A stretch of DNA of 64,000 bases from Eledone cirrhosa (Eukaryota): NCBI GenBank assembly GCA_964016885.1, contig OZ024741.1:304606001-304670000 (forward strand), read 5' to 3'. Positions 13,186 to 26,938 of the stretch are shown here, one piece after another. The translations under genes were made by a program, and so were the position numbers. The first letter of the stretch is position 1. Each line of letters begins with the position of its first letter. Below the pieces are notes generated by a model, which saw only the letters and a list, made by a program, of their open reading frames with translations, was not told where the DNA came from and ran no database searches.

Positions 13186-13502
13186 AGCACTGCAATGCAA
13201 ATGGTAAATGTGGTGAAAAACTAGAGATTATATGGAGAGGTACATTTAATCTGCAGTGAACAAGACAATCCTGTGTTATAATGGAATACACAAGTAGTCC
13301 TCACTCCCATAAAGATACCATAGATCAATGAGAACCACTCTGTAAAGTGGTTAGCATTAGAAACAATATCCAGCTATAGATACCATGCCAAACATGGAAC
13401 ATATGAGCAATATAAAGTCTCTCCAGCCTGTCAAGTCCCCAACCATGACAACCTCTCCAGCTTATTCCAGCATGGAAGGTAAACATAAAATAATAAGGAT
13501 GA

Positions 13503-13830
13503 TCATCATCATCCCAGTTTAACGTCCATTTTTCCACGCTAGCATGGATTAGACGGGCTGTCCCGTTTGAGGCAAGTTGAGTTCGGTGACTGTATCTTGT
13601 TCACACAGAACTGTTTCTGGCTAGGTTTCTATGGCTGGATGCCCTTCCTAACACCTACCACGTTTACAGTGTGTGCTGGGTACTTTTTGTCATGACTCCC
13701 ACATGGCCAATTTACAGTGTGGAGTGGGTGCTTTTTGTGTGACTCCTACACAACCACTTTACAGTGTGAACTGGGTGCTTTTTGCCATGTCGCCATCACG
13801 ACCACCTTACTGTGGGGACTGGAGTCTTCA
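13503..13830 (-). mobile_element. RTE-type 3' UTR/tail fragment (family Y)
   Basis: catcatc...tttaacgtccat...ggatgcccttcctaac; homologous to 36975-37200. Confidence 0.7.
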
Positions 13831-16800
13831 TTAGATGTATGTTACAGCCTGTCATGAGAGTTGTATGGGAGAGTTGAGTGTTGGTGGTGCATACAATATA
13901 TATGTATGCTTCAGCTTCAGCCTGTGCTCATGGGAAAGCAGGTCTTCTGTATTACTAATGATATATATAGAGAGAGAGTACATGATATATATATATATAT
14001 ATAGTGTACTCTGCAAAGTGGAAGTGCCAGTACCACATTAAAATACACCAAGTATATTCTGTAAAGTGGAAGTAATAGTGTCACAGTAAATACACCAATT
14101 ATTGTACAAGCTGTAAAGTGGTAGTGCTGGTACCACAATAAAATGCACCCAGTACACTCTATAAGGTGATTGGCATTAGAAATCATGCCCAAAATGAAAA
14201 GTATGAATGAGATGTGTTCCTCCCCACTGCTCCAGTCACAGACAACTCATCCAACCCATACCAGCATGAAAAACAGACAAAATGATGATGATGAAATATA
14301 TAATCATAAATGTATATATATGTGTATATATATATGTGTATATATATATATATATATCATCATCATCATCGTTCAATGTCTATCTTCCATGCTAACATGG
14401 GTTAATATATATATATATATATATATATATGTGTATGTATATATTTTATAGCCATGAAGCCACATCAGGATATAAAAAATAACTTTTCTAGAGCATTTAA
14501 TTTCCCCTTATAGAAGTTGATGAAGATACTGCTATGCAAATCATTGGGTATGACTATACAAGTGAATAGCTTGAGCTATATTTTGTTGGATCTCTGTGAT
14601 TATCCCTGACAATGCAACAGATTTCTCTGCAGGCTCCTGAAACTGGTGTGATTGATATAGTCAGATTTTCTACAAGTTAACACTGGCAGGAAACATTGAA
14701 GTTAGAATAGAATTTTGGGGCATTGTATCTTTGAAAGTAGAGGGAGACAATTTTTTAAAGAATTATTTCAATACTGGACATAGCGTTATCAACTCTTCCT
14801 TTGAAAATAGAGTGAAGTGATTTGAAGAAATGTTATATCATTACTAGACATATCATTATCCAGGATTTCAAGAATCATTATTTCAAAACAGAATGTACTG
14901 TTACCTTCTGTATTGTTGAGAGTAGAGTGAAACTATTTGAAAAAATATTATTTCAAAACCGGATATAGTGTTAGCTAATGTTCCATTGAAAATAAAGTGA
15001 AATAATTTGGGTTCCAGGCAGTGCTGACTGTACCTGAAATGGGCCCCTATCCAGAATCACTGGCCCCTCAACTCGACTATTATATGCTAAGTTAGTTTTC
15101 AGCCTGTGTTAAGAATGTAGGAAGGATGGAGCATAAGGCTAGCAAGCTAATCTCCATTAATCAAAATTGTTACAGAAACAAGAAACAGATCAATCACCCA
15201 ATGCTCCATAGGGAGTAAAAGGAACTAATGAAGAACAAGATTCTGTGAAGAATGGGTTGAGAAAAGGGTTAGTAAAGAATGAGGACATGACATTGTATGG
15301 ATGAAGAGTGGATAAGAGACACGTGTGTGTGTTGGTCAATTAAATCGACCTAGTGCATTATTGGTGCTTTATTTATCAACCCTGTAAAGATGAAAGGCAA
15401 AGCTAACCTCGGCAGGATTTGAACTCAGAACTAAAGGACCATAACTCTATGCCATGAAGCATGGTATCCAACGCTCTACCAACACCACAGTATTGATATG
15501 ATAGATAAAGAAAAAGGACAGCATATCTATCAGAGAATGGTATTGCTGTGAATTGCCAATCACTTAGATAGCTGATTCTTATTTCATGAACTTTGTGAGG
15601 GACAAGCATTTAAAGAGGCGCTTTATTCTAGATTTGGTTGTCTCCACCAATTCCATTTCCCAAAATATCAATAAGCTGTAATCAACTGGGAGAGACTGGA
15701 CATTTTGTTTACTCTACACTAAGAAAACAACAAGTCAAGAAGGTAAGGACAATCAAAATAGAATTCATTATACCACCATACCATCATTTCAATAAAGTGG
15801 CCAACTGTGTTTAAAACACCAGACAACAATAACAAAGCTGTTATCTTATATTTTCACACTGACTGTCTGTCAATCACAGTAAATATATACATACCTATTT
15901 ATAAATGAACTGAAAATAATTAATTGATCTATAATATTGTTATTTTCTCAAGTAATTACCCTTATCTTATTAATAAGTTCATTATTACTCTTAAAGATAA
16001 AATGCTTTGCAGTATTCGTTTCACCACTCTGCACTCAAGTCCTACTGAAGTCAACTTTGTTATTGATCTTGAAAGGATGAAGAGCAAAGTAAAGTCCAAT
16101 ACTGAGGTCAATTCTTCCTCTATATCTCTTTCTCACTTCCCCTCTCTCTCCTTCTCTGGAAGAAATCGGCTTTGTTCAGACCTAGAGAAGGATGGGCTCT
16201 TCCAAGTTTAAAATGTCTAAGACACATTGTATGTCACAAGAGTGACCCGAGAACTCCACCAAGAGTTATGGATCTATATATACATGTATACTATCCTTGA
16301 TTTAGAAATGAAGGTTACTAGTTTTAGTTGATGCTACTACTATGTAGAACCATCAGAAATAAGACACCTGACAACAATCAAAGGTTAAACTAATACAAAC
16401 GTAGTGCCAGCATTATCACCATCATCATCATCATCATCATCATTTAACATCCGTTTTCCTGCTAGCAAATGTTGGACAAGTCTTCACAGACCAAGTCAGT
16501 ACTCAAGTGGAGATACTGATCTTTCAAATTGACTGGAAGCCTGCATCTTGCTTACATACAGTCCAGTACTCTACCAAGAGCATTTTATTGTGAAACCTGC
16601 ACTAAGGAGGTTATTATGTCTTTGACACAGCTGAAAGGTATCTAACCCTTTGTTTGGCAAGTTTTCTATGGTTGGATGCCCTTCCTATCACCAACCACTT
16701 TACATTTATCATGTAGATCACCTAGAAAGATGAAAGGCAAAGTTGACCTCAGTGGGATTTGAACTCAGAATCTAGAAAGTCGTAGCTAAGTACCACAAAA

Positions 16801-17224
16801 TATTTTGTCCATTTCTCTACCAATGCTGCCAATCCACTGCCCTGCGTGAGCTTAATAATGAGAAAGTTAGTTATGTAACCTTCCAAATTCTCAATTATTT
16901 TCAAAATTATTCGCTGTGACTTTCATTAGAGATATGGTATCATTAAAAATATGGTAAGAAAAGGGTTAACTACTGAATATCCATTTATGATGATGATGAT
17001 GATGCAACTATCTCTGGATATATGTATTATTAATGTATATTTAACATGGTGGATTGGCGGAATTCATATAGCATCAGACAAAATAATTTATGGCATTTGT
17101 CCCAACTCTTTACATTCTCAGTTAACATTCCATTGAAGTCAACTTTGCTTTTCCGCCTTTTGGAGATGATAAAATAAAGTATCTGTCAAGTACTGTGGTC
17201 GATATAATCGACTTTCGCTTCTCT

Positions 17225-17645
17225 TCTTTGCCCACTTATTCCTGAGAGTCTTGTGGGGGCAGAGTTCTCAGACATGCTTTCCAGAAGGTCCTATCAGAAG
17301 CAACAATCTGCAATTAATCTGGCTGGATCTCCAAACAAGATCAACCGAGTTCATGGATGTTATCCAACCATCTTGCTCATGGGACTTGCCTGTAAAATCT
17401 GTCTTGTGATTTTTTCTTAAACTTTCTAACAACATGCCAGCAGTATCGGAGCTGTGATCTCTCAATTGGAGAAGTAGTGGCTCTACCTGGAGTGACTCTC
17501 TGATCTCCAAGCACCCTATCAAGTAACGTTACTCCAAAGACCCTTCGGAGGAACTCTATTTCAGCCGCTTGTATTCATGATCATATTCCTTCAGTCATTA
17601 CCCAAGATTCATGCACCAGCTCCTGCAATTTGACTTCCCTTTTCC
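17225..17645 (-). mobile_element. RTE (Expander-like) LINE 3' fragment
   Basis: Minus strand reads IRESLQVEPLLLQL..., followed by WHVVR-like and GKS-like C-terminal motifs; degenerate. Confidence 0.65.
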
Positions 17646-18025
17646 CTTAAAATTACTAGTCTTTTGTCTGAATTAGAAACCATTATTAATGTATTTCCAT
17701 ATATGTACATCTATGTATCTAACATAAAAGATAAAAATACTTCATGTGTTGTTACCTTTACCAAACATGTATGTATGTATAAACTAATAATTCCTTGTGG
17801 AGTCATAGGGGCACCAAAGTGTCATACAGCATTTTCGTGGGCATTTTGTTTTACAACTTGGCAGAGCACACCCATTCCCCAGGTCTGAACACAGCATATT
17901 TCTTCCCCGAGAAGGAGAGAAATATGGAGGAAGAAATGACCCCAGTATTAGACTAATATTTCTTTTATTGACCTTGAAAGGATGAAAGGCAAAGTTGACC
18001 TCGGTAGGAGTGCAAAGAGTATTAA

Positions 18026-18233
18026 CCCTTTAGCATTTACATTACTCTATATATTCTATAATATTTTCATGGTAAAGGCTTTACCTCACATAATATCGAA
18101 TCTATGAGATTTTGATATTATTTATTTTGAGAACAATACCTTAACATCAGTATGAGTATCAAGTTATAGCCGCTTTGAACAGAAAGAGGTGAGAGAGTTC
18201 TGGCTGCATACTGTCGGTTTAAATGCTAAAGGG
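18026..18233. mobile_element. Non-autonomous piggyBac-like MITE
   Basis: TIRs CCCTTTAGCATTTA / TAAATGCTAAAGGG, with TTAA on the left and TTAC on the right. Confidence 0.75.
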
Positions 18234-18583
18234 TTACTGAGTACTGCAAAGCATTCTATCAGACATTCTAATGGCTCTACCAATTTGCTGCCTTTACAAA
18301 ATATATGAATATGTAAAAAAACACAATGACAATAACACATTTCTTGTAAGAAAAAAACTTTTTTAATTAATTTAAAAATCCCCTGCCCCAATATAAACAC
18401 AGATGATAAATATAGAAAGTGTTATATGTGTAAATATGTCTATATATGTGCATAGGGATATGAGTGTATATTCATACATATGTATGCATATTTAGATGTG
18501 TTAGTATGTATATTAATGTATGAATAAGTACTGTATGCATGTGCATGAGTGTGTGTGTGTGTGTATATATATATATATTATAT

Positions 18584-18615
<32 letters not shown>

Positions 18616-18793
18616 ATATATACATATATTATATAATATATAACATATACATATATACATTTATTATATGATATATATATATATAATATATATACATATA
18701 TATATAATACATATATATATATACATATAATACACACACATATATATATACATATAATACACACACATATATATACATATATATATATATATA

Positions 18794-18864
18794 TTTCGTG
18801 GTACAGTTATGCCGACTGCTGTGTAGTAGAGGAGCTGCTTCAATGCAGGTCTCTCATCAGATGC
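18794..18864 (-). ncRNA. Truncated hammerhead core (long helix II), Penelope-type
   Basis: Minus strand: gcat-CTGATGA-g...gcataactgtacca-c-GAAA, then (TA)n replaces helix III. Confidence 0.45.
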
Positions 18865-18937
18865 TACAACAAAATTACTTAAAAGTTACAAAAGAAATTG
18901 TTAGTAGGTTAATGTTTTTCTTCGTAATTTTGTCCTG

Positions 18938-19006
18938 GTGTCTGAAGAGAGTCTCCTCCACTAAACAGTGGTGGCCATAACTGAACCCTGAAACCTAAGG
19001 TTACAC
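18938..19006 (+). ncRNA. Type I hammerhead ribozyme with long helix II
   Basis: gtgt-CTGAAGA(18942-18948)-g...(ccact-aaac-agtgg)...t-GAAA-cc-taa-gg-TT-acac. Helix I is gtgt/acac, helix III is acc/ggt, and the cleavage triplet is GUU. Confidence 0.55.
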
Positions 19007-19087
19007 ATACATGTTAAGTGTATGAAATTTTAATTATATATATATATAACTATATAAAATATATATATACATACATATATATATAAA

Positions 19088-19129
<42 letters not shown>

Positions 19130-19684
19130 AAAATATAAATATATATATACATATATAAAATGTATATATATATATTTTATATGTATTATATATATATTAC
19201 CATGCACACACAGACGCATGCATTAAAATTAATTTAGTATGTCCATTGAAAATGTACACAACACTGCAACAGAACAGCATGAAGTATACATGTTTATAAT
19301 ATGGTTTAGATGATGGTGTATGGTGTACATAAAACATAATTGCCATTCTGTGCATTTAAAGAAATGCTCTTGTGTCCATCTGTAAACCCACTTGTAAAAA
19401 AGAAAAAAAATCATATTTTCCCCATTCCTCCCAAAAGAATATTTTCCTGTAAGCCATTGCCTGGCCTTTACCATCATCATTCTCATCCTCCTCTTTCAAG
19501 GTGGAAAAAAAAACTGGTTAGTGCTATTAGTAGAAATTATCATCGTATAATCACTGGTTATCAAAATTCATAACCAATTCCATCACTTTTCTTTTGCCTC
19601 GTGTGAGTTTCTGTATATGATAGTCTTCTTTATTTGATATCACTTCTTGCCACAAATTTTGTCTTTGACACAATCGACGAAACT

Positions 19685-19754
19685 TCATAATATGGCACAT
19701 CGCTGACGTTTGCCCTTGCGCTTTGGAACACGATTAAAATCAGGAGGCTGCTCT
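19685..19754 (-). CDS. MRAS: M-Ras last coding exon (polybasic region + CAAX)
   Basis: ttctag|A start; translates EQPPDFNRVPKRKGKRQRCAIL-stop. Phase 2 matches exon 4. CAIL is a geranylgeranylation-type CAAX box. Confidence 0.92.
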
Positions 19755-20087
19755 CTAGAAATCAAAGAAAAAAATATATAGAAATTAGTGAGAAAAATTT
19801 GCTGAGAGAAGACAGTATTTGATGATAATAATGATGATGATGATGAACGTGTGTTTTCCAGTTATGTGGCTATAGAGATCAGATGACTTTGTCTTGTTCA
19901 TCCGTTTTGGGCTGGATGCCCTTTATAATGCCAACCACTTTACAGTGTAATGGGAACATTTTCCGTAGCATTGGCACAACCACCTTAGAAGGTGGACTAG
20001 GTGCATTTTGTTGTGGCACCAGCACAACTACCTTACAGGGTGAATTGGGTACCTTTTGTCATGGCACCAGCATGACATAATGATAAT

Positions 20088-20265
20088 TGTTTCTACTTTA
20101 GGCACAAGGCCAGCAATTACCCAGTGCATTACTGGTACTTATTTTATCGACCCCGTAAGGATGAAAGGAAAAGTCAACCTCGGCGGGATTTGAACTCAGA
20201 TCGTAAAGGGACGTAACTATGCTGGAAAGCATGGCGTCCGACCCTCTACCGATACTGCCAATCCA
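20088..20265 (-). mobile_element. Young tRNA-derived SINE with 20-bp target-site duplication
   Basis: CAGCATGACATAATGATAAT at 20068-20087 and 20266-20285 flanks the SINE. Confidence 0.88.
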
Positions 20266-21435
20266 CAGCATGACATAATGATAATGTTATATCTTTAGCA
20301 TTGAAAGAATGGCTATCTAACAAACAAAAAGAATTCAAAGCAACTCTTTGTTTTTATAACCAATCATACATTTGAGTTTGATACATTTTGACCTTTCTTC
20401 CTTTAAGCCCACAAAATCTGTAATTGGTAATATCTATACCAAGGAAAGAGGACAATCAAGAATGAATCAACAGCAAACAATAGAAAAGTTGTCTTCATCT
20501 AATCAACTATAGCTATCACTTGCACTAGAGTATGGCATAGTATGTATCATGCTTTAGCTAAGGTTTTTAAATACCCATGCAGTCATGAACAGGTGCAGAC
20601 ACCCTCATGACCTTCCCTTCTTTAATTCACCAGTATATCCAGAATATAATAGCTGGAAAGAGAGAGAGGGTGGAATTGTACCAGCACTGGGCTGGTACTT
20701 TCTTTATCAACCCAGAAAGAATGAAAAGTAAAGTGGACTTCAGTGGACAAAATAAACCCCTCTCTCTCTCTCCTTTGGTCCAGCAGAACATCCAGGATGT
20801 GACAACTGGGAAGGAAGATAGAGAAAAGACTGCACCTTCTTTATCAACCCTGAAAGAAGGAAAGACAAAGTAGACCTTGACAGGAACAAATACTCATCTA
20901 ATACTCTTTCTCTCTACCTTTCCCTCTGCAATAGTTTTACCCACACATATTGGGATAAGTATAAAAGGAAAATTAAAGCTCAGTTTGGTGAAAAGTAATA
21001 TAATTCATTCTCTTGGTTCCATATTGGTCGGATTTGTAATTTGAAAGCCTTTTCCAACCAATGTTTCCTTTGTGTTAAATATATTCTTTCAAACAAGATT
21101 TATGTGTTGTTAATATAAAGAATTACAAACTATCACAATGTTTATAATTTCATTCCACACACACTTTTACATCACATATAAATATGCATGTATTACTTTA
21201 ACTTATTTTATCTGTAATTAATATAGGATTGAATATGTATGTTAGTTTTTCTCTATGTAGTTATTATATTATGTTAATCTTAGGTAGAATGAATAAAAAA
21301 TGGCATATTAATTCACACAATTCTTCTTCTTGTTATTGAAGAACCCTTTTTCTGGTTTGCTTCATTGTTTTTACATGTTTAATGAATCCTTAATTTTACT
21401 ACAGTTGCAAATAATTTTAAAAAGAAGTCACTTAC

Positions 21436-21515
21436 CGAATAATTCGGACAACTTGATGGAATGCTGCATCTACATTGAGTGGTGGGTCTTTAGCACTAGT
21501 TTCTATGTAATGAAT
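21436..21515 (-). CDS. MRAS: M-Ras coding exon 4 (G5 ETSAK)
   Basis: tttcag|ATT start; translates [27 protein letters not shown], which includes the M-Ras-diagnostic [10 protein letters not shown]; CG|GTAAGT donor; 80 nt. Confidence 0.95.
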
Positions 21516-21739
21516 CTGAAACCAGGTAAACAATTTGAAAAATTAATAAATAATACTTTTTACTTTCTTTTTTAACTAATGTTCCTTAGAACATTAGGAA
21601 AATAAGATTGTTCAAACCAAAAATTGAAACATAATCACAGACTCAATCTGCTGAGAATATATATGCTAACAAAAAAAAAATTATTTATTACATAAGTGTA
21701 ATGCTGCATGGTAGTGAAACATAGGCAATGACTGCAGAA

Positions 21740-22118
21740 GACATGCATAGACTGGAGAGAAATGAAGCAACCATGCTTTGTTGGATGTGAGAGAAAGGCA
21801 GAGCTTGGATGAACTAAGAGAGAAACTGGGTTTAAGAGGAATCCAAGGTGGTGTGCAGGAGAGAAGACTGCATTGGTACTGATATGTGATGTGCATGGAT
21901 AATGATCAATGAGTGAAGAAGTTCCAGGAAATGCCAGTGGGTGGAAGCTGCAGTAGAGTTAGACCAAGAAAGACCTGGGCAGTGGTTGTGAGAGCTGACC
22001 TCAAATCGCAGAGACTCACAGAAATGATGAAGAAATGTGGCAAGTGGAGAGATGCTGTGCTGAAAAGGACCCATCCAACCCATGCAAGTGTAGAAAAACG
22101 AACATAAAAATGATGATG
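21740..22118 (+). mobile_element. RTE LINE 3' end with (GAT)n tail
   Basis: Encodes RRLHWY..V, RPRKTW and KRTHPTHASVEKRT motifs, followed by an atgatgatga tail. Confidence 0.8.
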
Positions 22119-22399
22119 AAGTAGAATTAAACACCTTGCTTGAACACATAAGATAATATCAGCTACAGAAGATAAAGTCATGGTCCACAACCACAAGTTC
22201 CATTATCTGTAGCATTCAGTCTTAGTGTCATCATCATCACAATTTTTATCTGGCATGGTTGAACAGGATATTTTGAAACAATGTCTTTCAAGCAGAGGCC
22301 TTCTTGGCACTAATCAATTTAGTCATCTCTTATGATACATCGAGATATGGAGTGTCTATTCTTTATAACAGAGATGCCCACAGTACAGATATCTCTTGT

Positions 22400-24575
22400 A
22401 ATAGTGATAAAAATAGTAAATTTTGTCAGTGACCTTAGAATAATGGCAAGATGGAGAAGGAAAACCTGAAAGCCAAGAGAATCCTCTGCAGAGAAATCCT
22501 ACTTGATGGCCTATGGTAATAAGGAAGAGAAGATGGAAACTATGTCTGTGGCTGGAGCAAGGTCCTAATATTATGGAGGGTGCTGCTGTGGTGGAATGAT
22601 AAGGTAGAAAGAACCATTAAAACAAAAGCCTGGAAAGACTGGAGGAGGCAGAAAGCAGTATCAAACAACTAGAAGAGAGACTATGTGCCAAATGTACCTA
22701 GCAAAGGGAAAGGCAGAAAAGAAGTTTTTACATGTTCTGTGTCATGGAGATTAGAGGCATGAATATTTTGGATTGGGAGACAGTATGCTTGAGAAAATTG
22801 CATTGAGGTTATAGGAAAAGTCCATTGAAAATAATAATGGAGCAATTACCATCTGATGCCCCCCCCCCCCCCCCCCCCCAAAAAAAAGAAGCATAGAAGA
22901 CTTACTATGAGGGGCTGCTGAACAAAGAGAATAACTGGGACATCAAGGGCCTACCTCATACAAACCTAACTGAGGGTTCAGCCATAAAAGTTGACAGATA
23001 TAGGTGATAGATAAAGCAATTAAAGACATGAAGGTAAGGAAGGCAGTTGGATCATTTGGTATAGTTGCCAAGATGCTAAAACATCTGGGATGATAGAATA
23101 CAAGCTAATCGGATGCATAGTTAATCAAGTAGTACATGATGGTGACATACTCAATGACTAGCACAACAGCATCATTTTAAATTGCTACAAGGGCAAAGAA
23201 GACACATTAGAGAGCAGTAACTATAGATACATCAAGTTGATGGACCAGGTCGTGAAAGTTGCTGAAAGGTTATAGCATAACTAACTAGGGAGAGAATCAA
23301 ATTAGATGAGACAAAGTTTAAATTTATCCTAGGCAGGTATACTACCAATGCCCTCTTTCTGATGAGACAACTACAGCAGAGGTTCTTAGCTAAGAGTAAG
23401 CCACTTTATCTGGATTTTGCAGATATGGAGAAGACCTTTGACAGGGTTCCACACACTTTGTAATTTGGTGGGTACTTACGAATCTAGGTGTAGATAAATG
23501 ACTTGTGAGAATTGGCAATGCGTACAGTGATGAATTTGAAGTGCAGGTGGGGGCTCACCAGGGCTCAGTCCTCAGTCCACTTCTGTTTATCATTGTCCTT
23601 CAGGACATCACTGAGCAGTTTAAAACTGGCTCTCCATGGGAACTCCTATATGCTGATGACCTAGTCCTTATAACTGAATCCATAGGAGAATTAGAGGCAA
23701 AATTTCAAGCATGGAAGAAGAACCTAGCCCTAAAAGTAAATTGAGCAAAGTTGAAAGTGTTAATAAGATAGAGGATAGGAAGCTGATACCATCAAGAAAG
23801 TGGCCTTGTTTGATATATCAGAAAGGGGTGGGTATAAATTCCATAAGGTACACACTATGTAATTTAAGGATGCACAAGAGATGTAGTGGAATTGCAGGCA
23901 GGCAGGCTAAAGGAAAAGATAGACACATGTGGCAGATGCACAGGAGAAGTAAACACTATGGGCACATGTGAAATATATACCCTCAGTTGCCAGGGAGGAT
24001 CCTTAGAAGTTGTTGACAGCTTTTGTTACCTAGACAATCTAATTTGCTGTTGGGATGGATGCTCTGAGAGTGTGAAAGCTAGGATCAGAACAGGCTGGAA
24101 GAAGTTTAGAGAGCTGGTACCTCTACTGACAATAAAAGGCTTTCCTTTCAGAGTGAAAGGTAGACTGCATGATGCCTGCATATGAACTGTCATGCTACAT
24201 GACAGTGAAAGATAGGCCTAGACCACAGAAGACCTGTGAAGGCTGGAAAGAAATGAAGCGAGTATGCTCCAATGGATGTGTAATGTTAGTTTACATGAGC
24301 AACATAGCATAAGCAAGATTTCAGAAAAGCTCAGCATAAAAGGAATTGGATATAGTGTGCAAGAGAGAAGACTATGTTGGTATGGACATGTCATGTGTAT
24401 GGAAGTTAACAGCTGCATAATGAAATGAACAGAAATCCCAATGGCTGGGACTTGTGGTAAAGACACTGGAACGAAGTAGAAAAAAACTGACCTTAAAAAA
24501 ACCAAACCTCATAACTGAGATGACAAAGGACTGTGAAGGTTAGCATTATGCTGTGCTAGTGAAGACCCACCCACC
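22400..24575 (+). mobile_element. Degenerate RTE LINE ORF2 (RT domain)
   Basis: Encodes CYKGK.D..NYR.IKLMDQV, DMEKTFDRVP, VGAHQGSVLSPLLFIIV, ELLYADDLVL and RIRTGWKKFREL, with many stops. Confidence 0.92.
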
Positions 24576-25570
24576 AGCATATATTGTGACATGACCCATC
24601 CCCATATCCTCCCCTCTTCTACTAGCACTCCCCTGTAGCTATCATCACCATCACTGCATCCATGCTGCCTCCAATATTACTTCCTAGTTACTCCCCCCTC
24701 TAAATCCCTTAGATATCTTTACTATCACACCCTAGTATGTCTCTCCACCCCTGTGCACTCCTCCACAACCACAACATAGCTATTTTCTCCATCACTACAC
24801 TCCTAACCTGCACTATTGATTACATTATCCACAATCTCCTACCATTACATCCCCTCCCCCTATACTAGCGGTCACTCCTTCCGCCTACTCATCACTATCA
24901 AATCACACCACACTTGCCATATACTCATAACGTCATACCTATTTCCCTTTTCCTCTTGCCACCCCAAACCCCACAGAGCAGGGAAGGTTCTTCAGTTGGG
25001 ACAATGACCAACAACTTCTCCTGTGATGGTGCCATGAAAATGCACCCAGTACACCCTGTAGATTGGTTGGTGATAGGAAAAAGACCCTGCTGAAGAAACT
25101 ATGCCAAAAGGGTTGAGAGGATCCCTAAGTTGTGTCAACAACACAACAAACTCTCTAGTGTTGGTGATCTACATTGTAAATACACCCAGTACATGCAGTA
25201 AAATGGTTGGTTATCGGAAAGGCATCCAGCCATAGAAAGCTCCTCAAATAAAGGGCTGGAAGGACCCTTCAGTTGTGTCAAAGACACAACCTGTCCAGTG
25301 CAGGTACCATGATAAAAGGCACTCAGTAGAACCAAATGTGAACCCCCGGCCTGTTTGGAAGGTCTGTAGTTCCTCTTCAATACTGACCTGGTCTGTAAAG
25401 ATCAGTCCAGCCCTTGATGATGATGACACACACACATATATATACAATAGGGACCAGATATTGCCTGACGACAGTTGTCCTCTTAGTACCAGTATAGTGG
25501 ATTGGTTTTAATTTTACTTTTATTTAATTAAATAATAGTATTTTGTGTGGTGTGGCTTTGGATGGTTTAA

Positions 25571-25616
<46 letters not shown>

Positions 25617-25754
25617 GGGGGGGGGTATATATAGAGAGATATGTAAAATCCCCACTGTGGAGCCAATTTTACATATCTCTATACCCTCTCTGCATCTCCC
25701 CATGCTTTGAGTATTCCCATGATTAGTGGTCTCCCTGGTGGTCCCAGCACTGCA

Positions 25755-25829
<75 letters not shown>

Positions 25830-25872
25830 ACTGGTTATAATCATAGATATATATTACACACACGACTCTTAC

Positions 25873-25972
25873 ATTGAGCTGATTGGCAAGATCCCTTCCT
25901 TGTTCTTCAGTGATTTTCCGTTGATGAACAAGATCAACCTTGTTAGCAACTAAAAGCATAGGATAGGAATCT
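25873..25972 (-). CDS. MRAS: M-Ras coding exon 3 (G4 NKVD)
   Basis: ttttcag|A start; translates [33 protein letters not shown]; donor GTAAGA; 100 nt, phases 2 and 0. Confidence 0.95.
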
Positions 25973-26047
25973 CTGAAAAATAGAATACAGTTATAGTTAA
26001 TATACATATAATTAATATAAGTATAGTTAATATAGGTGTAGTTAATA

Positions 26048-26938
26048 CAGATTTCTAGACAAGGACTATCGTTCATCTCTTCTGACAATTGCTAAATGAT
26101 TTGAAGTGGCTGAAGACACTGAGCACAGTCATTCATGACGATCTGAATATGCACAAAATTTGTGCAAATTTTGTTCCCAGGGTGCTCAATGAAGATCAAA
26201 GACAGAGGTGCATTGATGATAACAGGGAGATTGTCAAGCAAATTGCTTCGAATCCAAGTGTCCTTAAGTCTTTGGTAACCTGTGATGAGAGCTGGGTCTA
26301 CTGATATAATCCAGAGACCAAGAGACAGAGTGCCCAGTGGAAACATTCTGACTCCCCAAGATGCAAGAAGGCCAGACAAAGTAGGTCCACAGGGAAGCTC
26401 ATGATCATCCCATTCTTTGACAGCAAGGGCATCATATACATCCAGTGTCCCCCATGACCAGACATTCAACAAAGAGTATTATGTAGAGGTTTTTAGGCAC
26501 TTCAGTAAGAGATTTCGTTACAAGAGACCAATACTCTTGAAGTCTGGTCAGTGGTACCTGCACCAGGACAATGTCCACTGTCACAAATTCATCCTGGTGA
26601 CCAACTACTTGGTCGATATGGGGATCAAGACTGTCCCTCATCCTTCCTACCATCCAGAATTAGCCACATGCGACTTCTGGATATTTCTGAAGCTGAAGGA
26701 GAAGCTCAAGAGTATTCGCTTTGAGGATATGGAGTAGATGAAGGAGGCTGTGACAAGCGCCCTGGACACCTTCACTTTGGAGGACTACAAGAGGGCCTTT
26801 CAGAAGTGGCTGGAGCACTACAACAAGTAAATTGAAGTTGGAGGATCCTACTTTGGGGGAACCTAGAGTTTTGTGTTGATATGAGTTAAATAAATGTCTT
26901 TCTGATAAAAGTCTAAAAACTCTTGAATGTATCTTGTA
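26048..26938 (+). mobile_element. Tc1/mariner (mariner DDD-type) transposase pseudogene with probable right TIR
   Basis: Encodes FVPRVL, VTCDESWVY, LHQDN, HPSYHPELATCDF and C-terminal GGSYF, with stops and a frameshift. Ends in a TIR-like ...cttgaatgtatcttgTA. Confidence 0.92.

Noticed and set aside
14720-15010. Degenerate ~90-100-bp tandem repeats
   Set aside because: They are old and diverged, with no ribozyme core or other structure seen.
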